Positions 1 to 11,148 of a DNA stretch of 64,000 bases are shown here, in pieces; position 1 is the stretch's first letter; every line of letters begins with the position of its first letter. This DNA comes from Candidatus Bathyarchaeota archaeon. GTDB taxonomy: Archaea > Thermoproteota > Bathyarchaeia > 40CM-2-53-6 > RBG-13-38-9. The notes under the pieces are model-generated. The model had not been told where the DNA came from, did no database searches, and saw only the letters and a list, made by a program, of their open reading frames with translations. Where the stretch lies: assembly GCA_963807605.1 (NCBI GenBank), contig CAWECG010000003.1:1024001-1088000 (forward strand), written 5' to 3'. Made by a program: the position numbers and the translations under genes.

Positions 1-927
1 CACAGTCTGGCAGACATGCTGCGCTCCGGAACTACCACCTTCGCTGACTTTCGAGAAGGCTCCATTGAAGGTGCAAGAATTCTTCTCGAAACATTAAAGG
101 AACATGATATGAGAGGCATAATCTTCGGCCGAACAGACTACAACTTCAGTATAGAACAACTGAACGACAACAAAGGAACAATTCCAAAAAGCGATCTAAC
201 AACCTTGCATGAATTACTCGAAATGACTCATGGAATAGCCCCAAGCAGTCCCAATGACGCTACAGACGAAGCCCTGAAACAACTAGCAGAAATAGCCAGA
301 CAACATCAGAGAATGAAGGTCACTCATGCAGTTGAGAATCCACATTCCGAGAAAATCTCAAGGGAACGGAGCGGACTCACCGAGGTAGAGAGAGCTGTCA
401 GGTATCTTAACGTTGACATGCTAGTTCATTTAACATATGCTTCACAAGAGGATCTGAACTTAGTAGCTGCAAGAGATATCCCAGTTGCGGTATGCCCGCG
501 AGCAAATGCCTACCTGTCCCTCAAGCTACCTCCCATAGGAGAAATGTTGGATAGAGGAATAACCGTCTGCATAGGAACAGACAATGTGATGCTCAATCAA
601 CCGGACATGTTCAGAGAGATGGAATTCACCTTCAAAGCCTACCGAATAGAAAAGACCGCAACCCGGCACCTACGTCCCATAGAAGTTTTACGTATGGCAA
701 CTATTAATGGAGCAAAAGGACTCAGAATCGAACATAAGACTGGATCCATAGCAGAAGGAAAATCCGCGGATTTGGTGATCATAGACCTCGATAAAAATCT
801 CAGGGATACCAAAGATCTTCTGACATCTCTGGTACATAGAACGGCAGCAGAGGATATCAGTTCAGTCATCGTGAGAGGTAAGATTGCTTATGACAATCAT
901 ATGGGAAACTCAAGAGAGAACACCTGA
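1..927 (+). CDS. Metal-dependent amidohydrolase/deaminase (5' end outside the window)
   Basis: SGTTTFAD, THAVE, GTDN and GSIAEGKSADLV amidohydrolase motifs; frame open from base 1. Confidence 0.85.
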   Translation, partial: HSLADMLRSGTTTFADFREGSIEGARILLETLKEHDMRGIIFGRTDYNFSIEQLNDNKGTIPKSDLTTLHELLEMTHGIAPSSPNDATDEALKQLAEIARQHQRMKVTHAVENPHSEKISRERSGLTEVERAVRYLNVDMLVHLTYASQEDLNLVAARDIPVAVCPRANAYLSLKLPPIGEMLDRGITVCIGTDNVMLNQPDMFREMEFTFKAYRIEKTATRHLRPIEVLRMATINGAKGLRIEHKTGSIAEGKSADLVIIDLDKNLRDTKDLLTSLVHRTAAEDISSVIVRGKIAYDNHMGNSRENT

Positions 928-1591
928 AAACCTCTACAATAGGCCGTACGTTATCTTGAATGCTGCCATGACGCTGGACGGAAAGATAGCAACCAGATCT
1001 CGTGACTCAGAGATCTCTTCGCAGGAAGACCTGACACGTCTGCATCAGTTGAGAGCTAGCGTGGATGCCATAATTGTGGGAGTAGAAACAGTCTTGGCCG
1101 ACGATCCTCAATTGACACCATACCGCGTGGCAGGAAAGAATCCAATTAGAGTGATTCTGGACAGCGTAGCTCGGACCCCGACGACAGCTAGAGTGTTAAG
1201 ACGGGACTCTGCGCGAACACTCGTTGCCGTCACGGAAAGCGCACCCAAAGAAAGGATCGACGCCTTACTTTCTACCGGAGCCGAAATTATTGTGACAGGA
1301 TCAGGAGAGAGAGCAGATATCTCCTCAGTGATGAACACATTGCGCAAACTTGGAGTGAATAAAGTCTTAGTCGAGGGCGGCGGCAATGTAAACTGGAGTC
1401 TAATTAGGCTTGGACTTGTCGATGAGATACGTGTGTCTGTAGCTCCAGTAATAGTCGGAGGCAAGGATGCTGTCACGCTCGTTGAAGGTGAAGGGATGAT
1501 GAAAGTGAGTGACGGAATCAAACTTCTCCTTCAGCGTATCGAGCAGTACGGCAACAATATCGTACTGACATACAGATCACTTTGGAAATGA
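884..1591 (+). CDS. arfC: 2,5-diamino-6-(ribosylamino)-4(3H)-pyrimidinone 5'-phosphate reductase
   Basis: RPYVILNAAMTLDGKIA, DDPQLT and VLVEGGG; stand-alone RibD reductase domain. Confidence 0.9.
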   Translation: MLMTIIWETQERTPENLYNRPYVILNAAMTLDGKIATRSRDSEISSQEDLTRLHQLRASVDAIIVGVETVLADDPQLTPYRVAGKNPIRVILDSVARTPTTARVLRRDSARTLVAVTESAPKERIDALLSTGAEIIVTGSGERADISSVMNTLRKLGVNKVLVEGGGNVNWSLIRLGLVDEIRVSVAPVIVGGKDAVTLVEGEGMMKVSDGIKLLLQRIEQYGNNIVLTYRSLWK

Positions 1592-1597
1592 CGAATA

Positions 1598-2794
1598 ATG
1601 TCGCAGAGATGCGGTCTCGACTCTACCCTGAAGGAGATCCTACACAGGGCCCTTCTCGACAGCCCCCCAACCAGAGGGGAAGCCTATCAGTTGATCAATG
1701 CGGGAGTTGAGGATCTACCCGCGATTGTATCCTGCGCGTCAGCTATCAGAAACACGAAGAAGGGCCACTTGATAAGCTACTCCAAGAAGGTTTTCATCCC
1801 TCTGACCAATATGTGCAGAAACAAATGTGATTACTGCGGCTTTAGAAGAGGGCCCGAAGATCCGGCATCCAAGATGATGATGCCCGACGAGGTGATGAGA
1901 CTTGCAAGAACAGCCGTTAAGGCTGGATGCAGAGAAGCACTATTCGTTCTAGGAGAAAAGCCTGAGATAGCACATCTCAAAGCAATGAAGAAACTTAGCA
2001 GTCTGGGGTACTCATCGACCGCAGATTACCTCCATGACATATGCAAAATGATCCTGAATGAGACGGTACTGCTGCCGCATAGCAATCTTGGGATTCTTTC
2101 AAGAGAGGAACTAGTAAGTTTGAAGGATGTTAATGCAAGCATGGGTCTAATGCTTGAAAGTTCAAGTGTTCGATTATGCGATAAGGGTGGACCGCATCAA
2201 CACAGCCCTGGAAAGAGGCCAAACCTTAGATTGAAGACCATCGAGGAGGCGGGGAGACTCAAAATACCAATGACAACAGGGATACTGATAGGGATTGGCG
2301 AGACACCTGAAGAACGTATCGACTCACTCTACGACCTCAAGCGTTTACACGACAGATACAATCACATCCAAGAAGTAATCATTCAGAATTTTCGCGCTCA
2401 GACCCAAACACCGATGGAGAACAAGGCCGAACCCGATCTCTTTGACATAGCGAGGACTGTGGCAGTAACACGAATAATCTTTCAAGGCAGAACTAACGTC
2501 CAGGCTCCACCAAACCTGATCCCAGACAACTACCAAATGATACTAGATGCTGGAATAAATGATTGGGGTGGAATCTCCGATGTTACACGTGATCTTGTTA
2601 ATCCTCAATCACCATGGCCAAAAGTCGAGGAACTCAGAAAGGCTACAAATGCCGCAGGTTTCCAACTTAAGATGAGGTTGCCGATTTATCCGGAATACAT
2701 AAAGCAGATGCATGGGTACCTCCCGAAATGCTTGGAGAGTAAAGTAATGTCGCAGGTTGATAGCGAGGGATACGCGCTGGAGGAGAGTATTTGA
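1598..2794 (+). CDS. cofG: FO synthase subunit 1 (radical SAM)
   Basis: YSKKVFIPLTNMCRNKCDYC, NASMGLMLE, QAPPNL, AGINDWGGIS. Confidence 0.95.
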   Translation: MSQRCGLDSTLKEILHRALLDSPPTRGEAYQLINAGVEDLPAIVSCASAIRNTKKGHLISYSKKVFIPLTNMCRNKCDYCGFRRGPEDPASKMMMPDEVMRLARTAVKAGCREALFVLGEKPEIAHLKAMKKLSSLGYSSTADYLHDICKMILNETVLLPHSNLGILSREELVSLKDVNASMGLMLESSSVRLCDKGGPHQHSPGKRPNLRLKTIEEAGRLKIPMTTGILIGIGETPEERIDSLYDLKRLHDRYNHIQEVIIQNFRAQTQTPMENKAEPDLFDIARTVAVTRIIFQGRTNVQAPPNLIPDNYQMILDAGINDWGGISDVTRDLVNPQSPWPKVEELRKATNAAGFQLKMRLPIYPEYIKQMHGYLPKCLESKVMSQVDSEGYALEESI

Positions 2795-3966
2795 AAGAAT
2801 CATTAGTGCAAGAGCATTCATCTTTGAGTGGTTTCCTCAGCAAAATCTCCCTCTCGATCGACCCAGTGGTATCGAATATACTCGACAAAGCACTTGATGG
2901 AAAGGAGCTTTCACGGAAAGACGCTATTGAACTCTTCAACACTAGTGGAACAGGTTTTGAGCTGTTGATGTTTGTTGCCAACGAAATCAGGCGAAGAACA
3001 GTTGGGAATGTTGTGACCTATGTGGTCAATCGCAACATAAACTTCACAAATATTTGCATAGCCAAGTGTGGTTTCTGTGCTTTCAGCAGAGAACCGAATG
3101 ATCCTGACGCCTACACTCTGTCTGCAGAGGAGGTGGCTGCAAGAGCTGAAGAGGGTTGGAGAGCCGGAGCAACAGAGGTCTGCATCCAAGGCGGATTAAA
3201 CCCAACTTTTGACGGACATTTATACGCGCAGATCTGTCAGGCCGTCAAAGAAAAGATCCCTATGCTGCACATTCATGCTTTCTCACCCATGGAGATCGTG
3301 TACGGGGCAGAGAAAACAGGCTTGACTATAACCGAACACCTGAAGATGTTAAAGGAGGCTGGGTTGGACAGCATTCCGGGGACAGCGGCAGAGATACTTG
3401 ACGATAACGTAAGGAGAATAATCTGTCCAAGAAAGATAAATGTCCAGACATGGATTGACGTAGTAAAGACAGCCCATAAACTCGGGATACCAACAACCTC
3501 AACGATGATGTACGGTCATGTAGATCAGCCCCAGCAGTGGGTAGAACATATCTCTTTGCTAAGAGATATTCAGAAAGAAACCCATGGTTTTACAGAATTC
3601 ATACCACTAAGTTTCATCCACCCAAACACACCACTATACAAAAATGGGCAGGCCGGACCCGGGGCAACCGGTTCCCAAGACATAAAGGTACACGCCGTAT
3701 CAAGACTTATGCTGAGCGGCTACATAAACAACATCCAGGCTTCATGGGTCAAGTTAGGACCCAAAGTGGCCCAGATGTGCCTAGCAGCTGGTGCCAATGA
3801 CTTGGGCGGAACGCTAATGGAAGAGAACATCTCAAGGACCGCCGGAGCAACCAATGGCCAAATCTTGGATCCGGCGGAGATGATGAGACTCATAAGCGAT
3901 ATGGGGAGAATCCCAGCTCAACGGAACACAACCTACAAAATACTGAAGGTGTCTCAAAGCAAATAG
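2791..3966 (+). CDS. cofH: FO synthase subunit 2 (radical SAM)
   Basis: TYVVNRNINFTNICIAKCGFCAF, PGTAAEILDD, NIQASWVKLG; overlaps cofG. Confidence 0.95.
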   Translation: MKESLVQEHSSLSGFLSKISLSIDPVVSNILDKALDGKELSRKDAIELFNTSGTGFELLMFVANEIRRRTVGNVVTYVVNRNINFTNICIAKCGFCAFSREPNDPDAYTLSAEEVAARAEEGWRAGATEVCIQGGLNPTFDGHLYAQICQAVKEKIPMLHIHAFSPMEIVYGAEKTGLTITEHLKMLKEAGLDSIPGTAAEILDDNVRRIICPRKINVQTWIDVVKTAHKLGIPTTSTMMYGHVDQPQQWVEHISLLRDIQKETHGFTEFIPLSFIHPNTPLYKNGQAGPGATGSQDIKVHAVSRLMLSGYINNIQASWVKLGPKVAQMCLAAGANDLGGTLMEENISRTAGATNGQILDPAEMMRLISDMGRIPAQRNTTYKILKVSQSK

Positions 3967-4028
3967 AAACCATTGCTTCTGAACGTTGCTATTACTAGAG
4001 AAGAAAAACCTCACCACAATATCGTGGA

Positions 4029-4553
4029 TTGATGGCCATGCTTAGAAAGAGGTATAGTCCATCCTCCAGAAAAGCCGCGGTGACAGCGGTTCTCGCCGCA
4101 ACCGCGATCGTCCTATCACCTCTATCCTTTCCGATAGGTCCGACTAGGGTGTATCCTGCCCAACATATGATAAATGGTGTCGGAGGTGTGCTCTTGGGTC
4201 CATGGTACGCAACGCTTGTCGCAGTAGTCGCCGCGATCATACGAAATGCCTTAGGTACTGGCACGATATTCGCTTTTCCCGGGGGAATTCCAGGAGCACT
4301 AATTGTAGGCGTGATCCACAAATATCTCTGGAAGAAGGACTTTGCAGCTCTCACTGAGCCTATCGGAACCACGATCGGCGCGGTTATTAGTGCCTTATTT
4401 GTATCGCCTTTGGCGCTCCAGTTAGGCTTCACTGGATTGACTCTTCCACTGGAAGCCTTCATAGTCGCTTTCCTTGTCAGTAGCGTTCCTGGATCCATTC
4501 TGGGGCTTGCGGTGCTGCTGGTGATGCGAAAGACTCGGAGTCTGATCCCCTAG
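4029..4553 (+). CDS. thiW: ECF transporter S component for thiazole precursor
   Basis: PAQHMINGVGGVLLGPWY, GTIFAFPGG, EPIGT; near thiDN. Confidence 0.9.
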   Translation: MMAMLRKRYSPSSRKAAVTAVLAATAIVLSPLSFPIGPTRVYPAQHMINGVGGVLLGPWYATLVAVVAAIIRNALGTGTIFAFPGGIPGALIVGVIHKYLWKKDFAALTEPIGTTIGAVISALFVSPLALQLGFTGLTLPLEAFIVAFLVSSVPGSILGLAVLLVMRKTRSLIP

Positions 4554-4645
4554 TAAATAAGATTCATAACAAAATACGGTCTCCCAACTACAGATCGGCT
4601 CTCTGACATGAGGTTCTGGTGAATTTCGCGTAAGGAAGTGAAGTT

Positions 4646-5239
4646 ATGCAGTCATTCTCAAAAGTAGAGCCTGGGCTAACGTATCCTTTCTCTTCCGTAG
4701 CTCATAAGAGAACTCTGATTCTGGGTGATCTCTCCTCGGGAAAAACCGTTTTGACAGCTAGGATGCTTGTCGACGCACTAAAATCAGAAGATCTCTGCGA
4801 AATAACGATAATCGATCTTGCTCCCGAAAAGGTCCTGTACAACAGAAAAGCCCTAGGTGGCAGGATTGCAGATGAATTGAGGTTGCCCCTCCGGCTTAGG
4901 GTACTTCAGCCAAGAAAGATCAATACGCCCAGATTCTCAGCCAAGAATAGTAGCGATTTGCTTCGTCAGGTTGAAGAGAATCATGCAATGATCGAAGAGA
5001 TAATCGACCTCTACCTCGGAAAACCAACACCTATACTTTTCGTCAACGATGTCTCTCTTTATTTGCAATCAGGGAAATTCGAAAAGATCTTCAAGCTCAT
5101 TGAAGAAGCAGACACCTTTATTGCCAATGCTTACTACGGAATGTCTCTCAAGGATGACCTCGGGACAGGGATCTCAGCCTTGGAGAGGCAGCTTGTGGAA
5201 GGTGTTGCGAGACAAGTCGATCTTGTGATACACCTCTAA
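4646..5239 (+). CDS. Hypothetical P-loop protein
   Basis: GDLSSGKT Walker A; 197 aa. Confidence 0.65.
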   Translation: MQSFSKVEPGLTYPFSSVAHKRTLILGDLSSGKTVLTARMLVDALKSEDLCEITIIDLAPEKVLYNRKALGGRIADELRLPLRLRVLQPRKINTPRFSAKNSSDLLRQVEENHAMIEEIIDLYLGKPTPILFVNDVSLYLQSGKFEKIFKLIEEADTFIANAYYGMSLKDDLGTGISALERQLVEGVARQVDLVIHL

Positions 5240-5256
5240 ATTCCTGCCACGCACGT

Positions 5257-5480
5257 TCATGAAGCGTTTAGCATCAAGCATGACGTCCGTAACAGAGTTA
5301 TTACGCCAGTTCCGAAAGCAATTGCAATTAGAGTCATCACCAGTCTCTCAACTGCTGAGACGGGCAACATGAAGATGAACAGTACAGGTATACCAGGAAG
5401 AGTCATCGAAGTTAAGATTGAACTTACGACCTCTAACGGAATGAACGATCCCAATCCCAAGATGAAAAGAGTGCTACAGC
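5257..5480 (-). pseudogene. C-terminal fragment of a membrane protein (ECF S-component-like)
   Basis: Hydrophobic LPVSAVERLVMTLIAIAFG segment with no credible N-terminus. Confidence 0.35.
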
Positions 5481-5589
5481 GGGAACGTATTCAGGATATT
5501 TCATCGCCAACTCCTTATTCTATACACTCGGCGTTCTTTTTGTCCTGGGTACAGGGGTTTCCGATAGTGTACGTGCCATAACCACCCTT

Positions 5590-6060
5590 GCCTACGGGAT
5601 CCCAGCTCTGCTGCTGATCCTCGTTGACGAGACAGACAATGGTTTTGCAGACATCAATTGTGCATCGGTTTCGATACAGAACATATGGCCCAAGATCTCA
5701 CAAAAGCTACTCGTAACCTTGATTGGGCTGGCCGGAATGCTAGTTGCCTTATTCCTTCCTATTGAGCAGTACACCTCATTCCTTTTGTTGATAGGATCTC
5801 TATTCATACCACTATTCGGAGTAGTTGTCACCGATTATGTCTTCGTCAAGAGAAGAAGATACTCGACTGAAGACCTATACAGGAACAGCGGGAACTACTG
5901 GTATCATAGGGGAGTGAGTCGTCTGGCTATCGGCGCATGGTTCATAGAAGCTCTCTCTTACCACGTCATAGTAACCTATTCATCTTGGCTCGGTGCCTCA
6001 GTTCCAAGCTTCATAATGGCAGCTTTCACATATTGGATAGCTATGGAGCTGAAGAAATGA
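5590..6060 (+). pseudogene. cytX: 5'-truncated NCS1-family hydroxymethylpyrimidine transporter (CytX-like)
   Basis: Frame reads LVDETDNGFAD...FLLLIGSLFIPLFGVVVTDY; only the C-terminal portion is present; stop overlaps the thiDN start. Confidence 0.7.
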
Positions 6061-7463
6061 CAACCTCTTATGAAGGTCTTCTAGGGATCGGCGCAATCCC
6101 TAGAGCATTAACTATAGCCGGTTCTGACTCAGGAGGCGGTGCCGGGATCCAAGCTGACCTAAAGACTTTCGCAGCCCTAGGGATCCATGGCATGAGCGCC
6201 TTAACCTCAATAACTGCTCAGAATACACTTGGAGTCGATGCTGTCCAAGACCTACCACCTGAGATCGTAAGGGCCCAGATAGACTCTGTCGCACGTGATA
6301 TTGGTATCGATGCAGCGAAGACGGGAATGCTTCATACCTCCAAGATAATCAATGCTGTAGCTGAAGAGATCAACCGATACGGGCTCCCAACCGTAGTGGA
6401 TCCTGTTATGGTCGCCAAGAGTGGGGCGATCCTCCTTGAACCTGATGCAATAGAGTTGATGAAGAGCAAACTTGTCCCACTTGCACTCGTCATAACCCCA
6501 AACGCCCCAGAGGCCGAAGCCCTCAGTGGACTAAAAGTCAGATCCTGTGATGAAGCGGTGGCTGCGGCTAAGAAGATCGCAAATCTTGGCCCCAGAGCGG
6601 TTGTTGTAAAGGGTGGCCATATTCAAGGTGAAAGCGTTGTTGACCTACTATACATCGATGGAGCCATAAAGAGATTCGAAGCCGAACGCTTCAATTCAGA
6701 TACGACGCATGGTACAGGGTGCAGTTTCTCCGCAGCTATCACGGCGGAGATAGCGAAGGGCAAAGGAATCGTTGAAGCGGTTGCTTCAGCGCAGAGGGTT
6801 GTCAGCGATGCAATAAGATTTGGCCTCAAGCTCGGCAAGGGTTACGGTCCCGTAAACCCTCTTGCTGCTCTCTATAGGGAGGCTGAGAGGTACCGGGTGA
6901 TAAGGAATGTCTCAGAGGCCTTAGAAGCGCTTCAAATGGATACCAACCTTCACTATCTCATACCAGAATCTCAGACAAACCTAGCCATGGCCCTTCCAAA
7001 TGCGACCGGACCAGACGATGTTGCGGCTGTGCCAGGTCGAATAGTAAGAATAGGTAAACGAACACACGCATCGGCATGTCCACAATTTGGAGTATCCAAG
7101 CATGTCGGCTCAACCATCGTTACGGCTCATAAGTACGATCCGATGGTTAGAGCTGCAATGAACATCAGATTCTCAGAGGAGATACTGCAAATCTGTGAAA
7201 GGCTGAAACTGACTATATCTTCTTACGATAGAGCGATAGAGCCTCCGGAAGTCAAATTCACAGAAGGAAGGACAACCGCTTGGGGTGCTGAACAGGCGAT
7301 TAAACAGATCGGTCGGGTGCCAGACATAATCTTTCACAAAGGCGACTGGGGTAAAGAACCAATGATAACCATCGTGGGTCGAACCGCAGTCGAAGTCGTA
7401 AAGATAGCTCAGAATATCGCCGCGGAATACGCCAGAACCCAGCCTAAGAACGAGTCCAAATGA
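6057..7463 (+). CDS. thiDN: Bifunctional HMP/HMP-P kinase plus ThiN thiamine-phosphate synthase
   Basis: [20 protein letters not shown] and THGTGC; C-terminal ThiN ([16 protein letters not shown]); ATG at 6057 is in frame with the listed ORF. Confidence 0.93.
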   Translation: MTTSYEGLLGIGAIPRALTIAGSDSGGGAGIQADLKTFAALGIHGMSALTSITAQNTLGVDAVQDLPPEIVRAQIDSVARDIGIDAAKTGMLHTSKIINAVAEEINRYGLPTVVDPVMVAKSGAILLEPDAIELMKSKLVPLALVITPNAPEAEALSGLKVRSCDEAVAAAKKIANLGPRAVVVKGGHIQGESVVDLLYIDGAIKRFEAERFNSDTTHGTGCSFSAAITAEIAKGKGIVEAVASAQRVVSDAIRFGLKLGKGYGPVNPLAALYREAERYRVIRNVSEALEALQMDTNLHYLIPESQTNLAMALPNATGPDDVAAVPGRIVRIGKRTHASACPQFGVSKHVGSTIVTAHKYDPMVRAAMNIRFSEEILQICERLKLTISSYDRAIEPPEVKFTEGRTTAWGAEQAIKQIGRVPDIIFHKGDWGKEPMITIVGRTAVEVVKIAQNIAAEYARTQPKNESK

Positions 7464-7977
7464 ATTTCAATGAATCCCTCGATAATGAGAAACCTAGGAA
7501 ACATGCTTGACTAGAGATTGTGTGAAGGAAGCAAAATCGTATAGCATAAAAGGAAATGTGATACAAGCAACCAACGCACCAAGGCCAGTAACAGGTATAA
7601 GACCTGTAACCAAGACTGCATCTTCACCACCTACAAACTCTTCAGCAATGGCAATTATCAGGTTCCAATAAGCCAAGCATGTGAATCATAACATTGAAAC
7701 AGAATTACCAGCGTCTCAAAAGAGTACACTCCAAAATAAATCACAAAGCTAACGACTCCTGAACATAAACCGGTTATAACGTTAATTATCCACTTATTCA
7801 TTCTATCAGGGAGTCAACCAAAAAACAGTGCGCCCACTGCACCGAACACCGATAGAACACTGATCAACATCCCCACCTGAGAAACGTTTAGACCGAACTC
7901 ATAACAAGAAGCGCGCACAGTATGAATCAACCCATCAATCGGTTCGTAGAATCGTTTTGGTCAAAGCAAAAAGAAAA

Positions 7978-8306
7978 CTATGAATTTTGAACTCTCTCAA
8001 CCATTATCGTGCAATCCGTTATCAGCGCTGCCAGAGCTCCAACGGCAGCAAAGATCGGAGCGAGGACTGCACCAACAACAATCGTAAGGGGAATCTCTAA
8101 CAGAGTCTTACCATCCTGTTTGATCACAATTCTCCGAATGTTCCCTTCGTGAATAAGTTCCTTAACCTTATCTACGAGCTGGCCCCTGAGACCTTAAACT
8201 CTTGCCACTTGACGCCAGGCTCCTCTTTTAGGATCTTCGAGCCGCAACTCCAGCAGAAAACTGACTCTCGAGGAACAGCTGCTCCGCATCCCGAACAGAA
8301 TGACAC
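7978..8306 (-). CDS. Zinc-ribbon plus DUF4342-like protein, one frameshift near 8183 (absent from the ORF track)
   Basis: Manual translation: FCSGCG...FCWSCG...WQEFKVSG, then QLVDKVKELIHEGNIRRIVIK...LEIPLT...AAVGALAAL. Confidence 0.75.
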
Positions 8307-8465
8307 TTCAATTCCCTACATTACCTTTACAGGAAACCAGATAAAACTTGTCAAGGTATCTGGGTATGGGTCGACTCTGACCTAACCGAATTTCTACCTA
8401 TAATGCACATGACTGAATGCAGAAAAGATATTCAAGCATCATAGGACTATTCGATATGACCAATA

Positions 8466-10124
8466 TTGAATGACAGTAACGTCGAGTTTGACCAAACAGT
8501 CAAAGAAATGTTCGAGACACTTACGCGCCGAGATCCGGTCTCTGCCACTTCATTGGGGATCCACAGCTACGATCACCTCCTCCCCAACGGAACCTTGCAA
8601 GCTAAACTTGAAGATATAGAGATCATGAAGGCTTACCTAAGAGATTTTGAAGAATTTAGGAATCAGCAGCTTACTCGAGACAGAGGTTTCGACAGAGATC
8701 TTGCTATAGATTCTCTGAAACTGTCGTTGTTCTTCGATGATGACCTCGGACTTTGGAGAAGTTCGCCAGAAGCTCCGCACACGGTAGGAACATCCCTATT
8801 TCTCTTGGTGACCAGGGAATTTGCTCCACTGGGAAACCGACTTCGAAGCATCAATAAGCGAATCGAGGCAATACCAGAATTCTTGAGAGATTCAAGAGAA
8901 AGAATTACCGATCCCGTCGAGCTCTGGATTAAACTCGCGATTCAAGCGACTGAAGGATTACCTCACCTTCTGGAAGAGGTTGCCGCACTAGCTCGTGAGA
9001 CCAGATTCGATCAAGAAGAAGAGTTGACTGATGCTACCGAGAAGGCTATAAATGCCGTTTCTGCCTACAGAGAATGGCTCTCAGAAAAGACCCTTCCAAG
9101 AGCAAGAAAGGACTTCGCAATCGGCAAAGATAACCTCGATAAAATATTACGTTTGAGAGGACTCGACATAAATTCAGACGGAATACTTGAGTTTGCCTAC
9201 CAAACACTTGACAAAGAGAAAACTAGACTAAGGCAGTTGGCCTCAGAAATAAAAACCGGCGCTTCGATAGAAGAAGTCAAAACGATCATAAAGGCAAAAC
9301 ATCCCAACACATTTCAAGAAGCACTTGAGGCTTACCGCGCATCCATTGGTGATGCAAGGAGATTCATTCTAGAAAAAAAGGCGTTCACAATACCCGACAA
9401 TGAAGCTGTGAAAGTCAAGGAGACGCCAACATTTATGAGGAGTCTTGTAAGCACGGCGGCAATATTCCAACCTGCTAGGTTTGACAAGGACCAAATAAGC
9501 GTCTATCTCATAACTCCACATAAAGATCCGAAATTCCTAGAGGAACACAATTACTATTCCATCCCAAACACAACCGTACACGAAGCCTACCCCGGCCACC
9601 ATCTCCAGGGGTGTTGCGCCAACACAAACACCTCATTAGTTCGTCTACTAGCGCCATTTCCAGTCGAGTTTGTTGAAGGATGGGCGCACTATTGCGAGGA
9701 ATACATGAAGGAATTAGGTTTCGATGACTCTCCACAGTCCCGATTTGAACAGACATTAGGAATGGTCTGGCGTGCAACGAGAATGATCCTAGACGTTAAG
9801 TTGGCCAGAGGCGCTATCTCTTTTGAAGAAGCCGTCCACTACCTCATTGAGCAAACAGGTATGGAGCGTCAGATAGCTACAATTGAAGTCAACGAGTATG
9901 CCGAAAGACCAAGTTACTTCCTCAGCTACTACTTAGGCAAGCATATGATACTCGAGTTGAAACGGGATCTTATGAATAAGAGTGGTAAGAGCTTCGATGA
10001 GAAGAAGTTTCATGACGTACTTCTCTATTCTGGAAGTATACCTATGAGATATGTCAGACGGATAATTCAAGAAGCTTTCAATGTCAAACTCAGTAGTACC
10101 CTACTTGAGCCGGAGCGGACTTGA
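8466..10124 (+). CDS. DUF885 family protein (putative metallopeptidase)
   Basis: HEAYPGHHLQ and EGWAHYCE motifs. Confidence 0.9.
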   Translation: MNDSNVEFDQTVKEMFETLTRRDPVSATSLGIHSYDHLLPNGTLQAKLEDIEIMKAYLRDFEEFRNQQLTRDRGFDRDLAIDSLKLSLFFDDDLGLWRSSPEAPHTVGTSLFLLVTREFAPLGNRLRSINKRIEAIPEFLRDSRERITDPVELWIKLAIQATEGLPHLLEEVAALARETRFDQEEELTDATEKAINAVSAYREWLSEKTLPRARKDFAIGKDNLDKILRLRGLDINSDGILEFAYQTLDKEKTRLRQLASEIKTGASIEEVKTIIKAKHPNTFQEALEAYRASIGDARRFILEKKAFTIPDNEAVKVKETPTFMRSLVSTAAIFQPARFDKDQISVYLITPHKDPKFLEEHNYYSIPNTTVHEAYPGHHLQGCCANTNTSLVRLLAPFPVEFVEGWAHYCEEYMKELGFDDSPQSRFEQTLGMVWRATRMILDVKLARGAISFEEAVHYLIEQTGMERQIATIEVNEYAERPSYFLSYYLGKHMILELKRDLMNKSGKSFDEKKFHDVLLYSGSIPMRYVRRIIQEAFNVKLSSTLLEPERT

Positions 10125-10364
10125 GATCAGAGGCGCAGACCTGAAGTCTATCCAAGAGCAGAAAAGCCCCCATTGATAGCCTCTCGACACAGCTATCTGA
10201 TAGACGGCTGAGTGATCTTGGAACGCGCAGGTCCATTAATATGTGGCCTATCGTTACGAGGTTTGGCACGAAGTAGCAACATGAGAGGTCAAATTGAGAT
10301 GTTCACGTTGAAAGTCTAACGACCTGCAGTATAAGATCTTCTCTGGCTAGCTCGCTGGATTTTT

Positions 10365-10928
10365 CTAGATTTTCAAACCTGCTCTTTCTAAGGATCTCAG
10401 GAGCAAGTACGCAATAATAGTCGCGGGGATCAGTTGTAGACCAAGATACATCGGTAAGGTCAGATAGTACATAATTATTGGGAGGCCTAGGACCAGCACT
10501 ATAACAACGTATACCGCCGGGATATCAAGCAGGGCTAGGGCAACGCTCATAGCCGCAATCCGAGTCTTGGCGGATGACTTGGGGTATATCTTTTGGATGA
10601 CTATGGCAGTGAATCCGGCAACAATTGCGAAGGATGCATTTATGGCGGGCCACAGCCACGATAGTGGATTCGCAGCAGTCAACAAACCTGTTATGGCTTG
10701 CACTTCCGTCATCACCAGCGCGCCTATGGGTCCGTAGAGATATGCGGAGAGAAGAACCCACGCATATGTGTTGGAGTAGCCCAAAGGTGTGGCATTTCCA
10801 CCAGTGATCACGGTATCGACCCTCTCCAGTATGGAAGCCAAAACGCCTGCGGTAACACCGAAGACCATTGAAGTTAGAAGGTCACGCATCCCAAGTCTCA
10901 GCTTGGTTCGTCTGCTCATGGAAAGCAC
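10365..10928 (-). CDS. ECF transporter S-component-like membrane protein
   Basis: About 6 TM segments; YGPIGAL motif. Confidence 0.65.
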   Translation of the reverse strand: MLSMSRRTKLRLGMRDLLTSMVFGVTAGVLASILERVDTVITGGNATPLGYSNTYAWVLLSAYLYGPIGALVMTEVQAITGLLTAANPLSWLWPAINASFAIVAGFTAIVIQKIYPKSSAKTRIAAMSVALALLDIPAVYVVIVLVLGLPIIMYYLTLPMYLGLQLIPATIIAYLLLRSLERAGLKI

Positions 10929-11148
10929 CGTTTTACTAAATCATGAGTAGCTACCTATTTATGCGTAACGATTAGGGAAACAGACTAGCCAAGAGGACGC
11001 TGACAGACAAATAACGGGTGAAAATTGGTCAGACAAACAGAAAATACAGAATAATGTTTGAGAAGAGCTCAAGTCGGGCACTATCGCTACATAGCCGGAT
11101 AATGATAAATAACAATCATGCACCACAACCCACGAGAAGATACAGCCG

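Noticed and set aside
3967-4645. TPP riboswitch near thiW
   Set aside because: No recognisable TPP aptamer core in the intergenic regions
7494-7900. Short ORF and intergenic stretch after thiDN
   Set aside because: No recognisable motif or repeat structure
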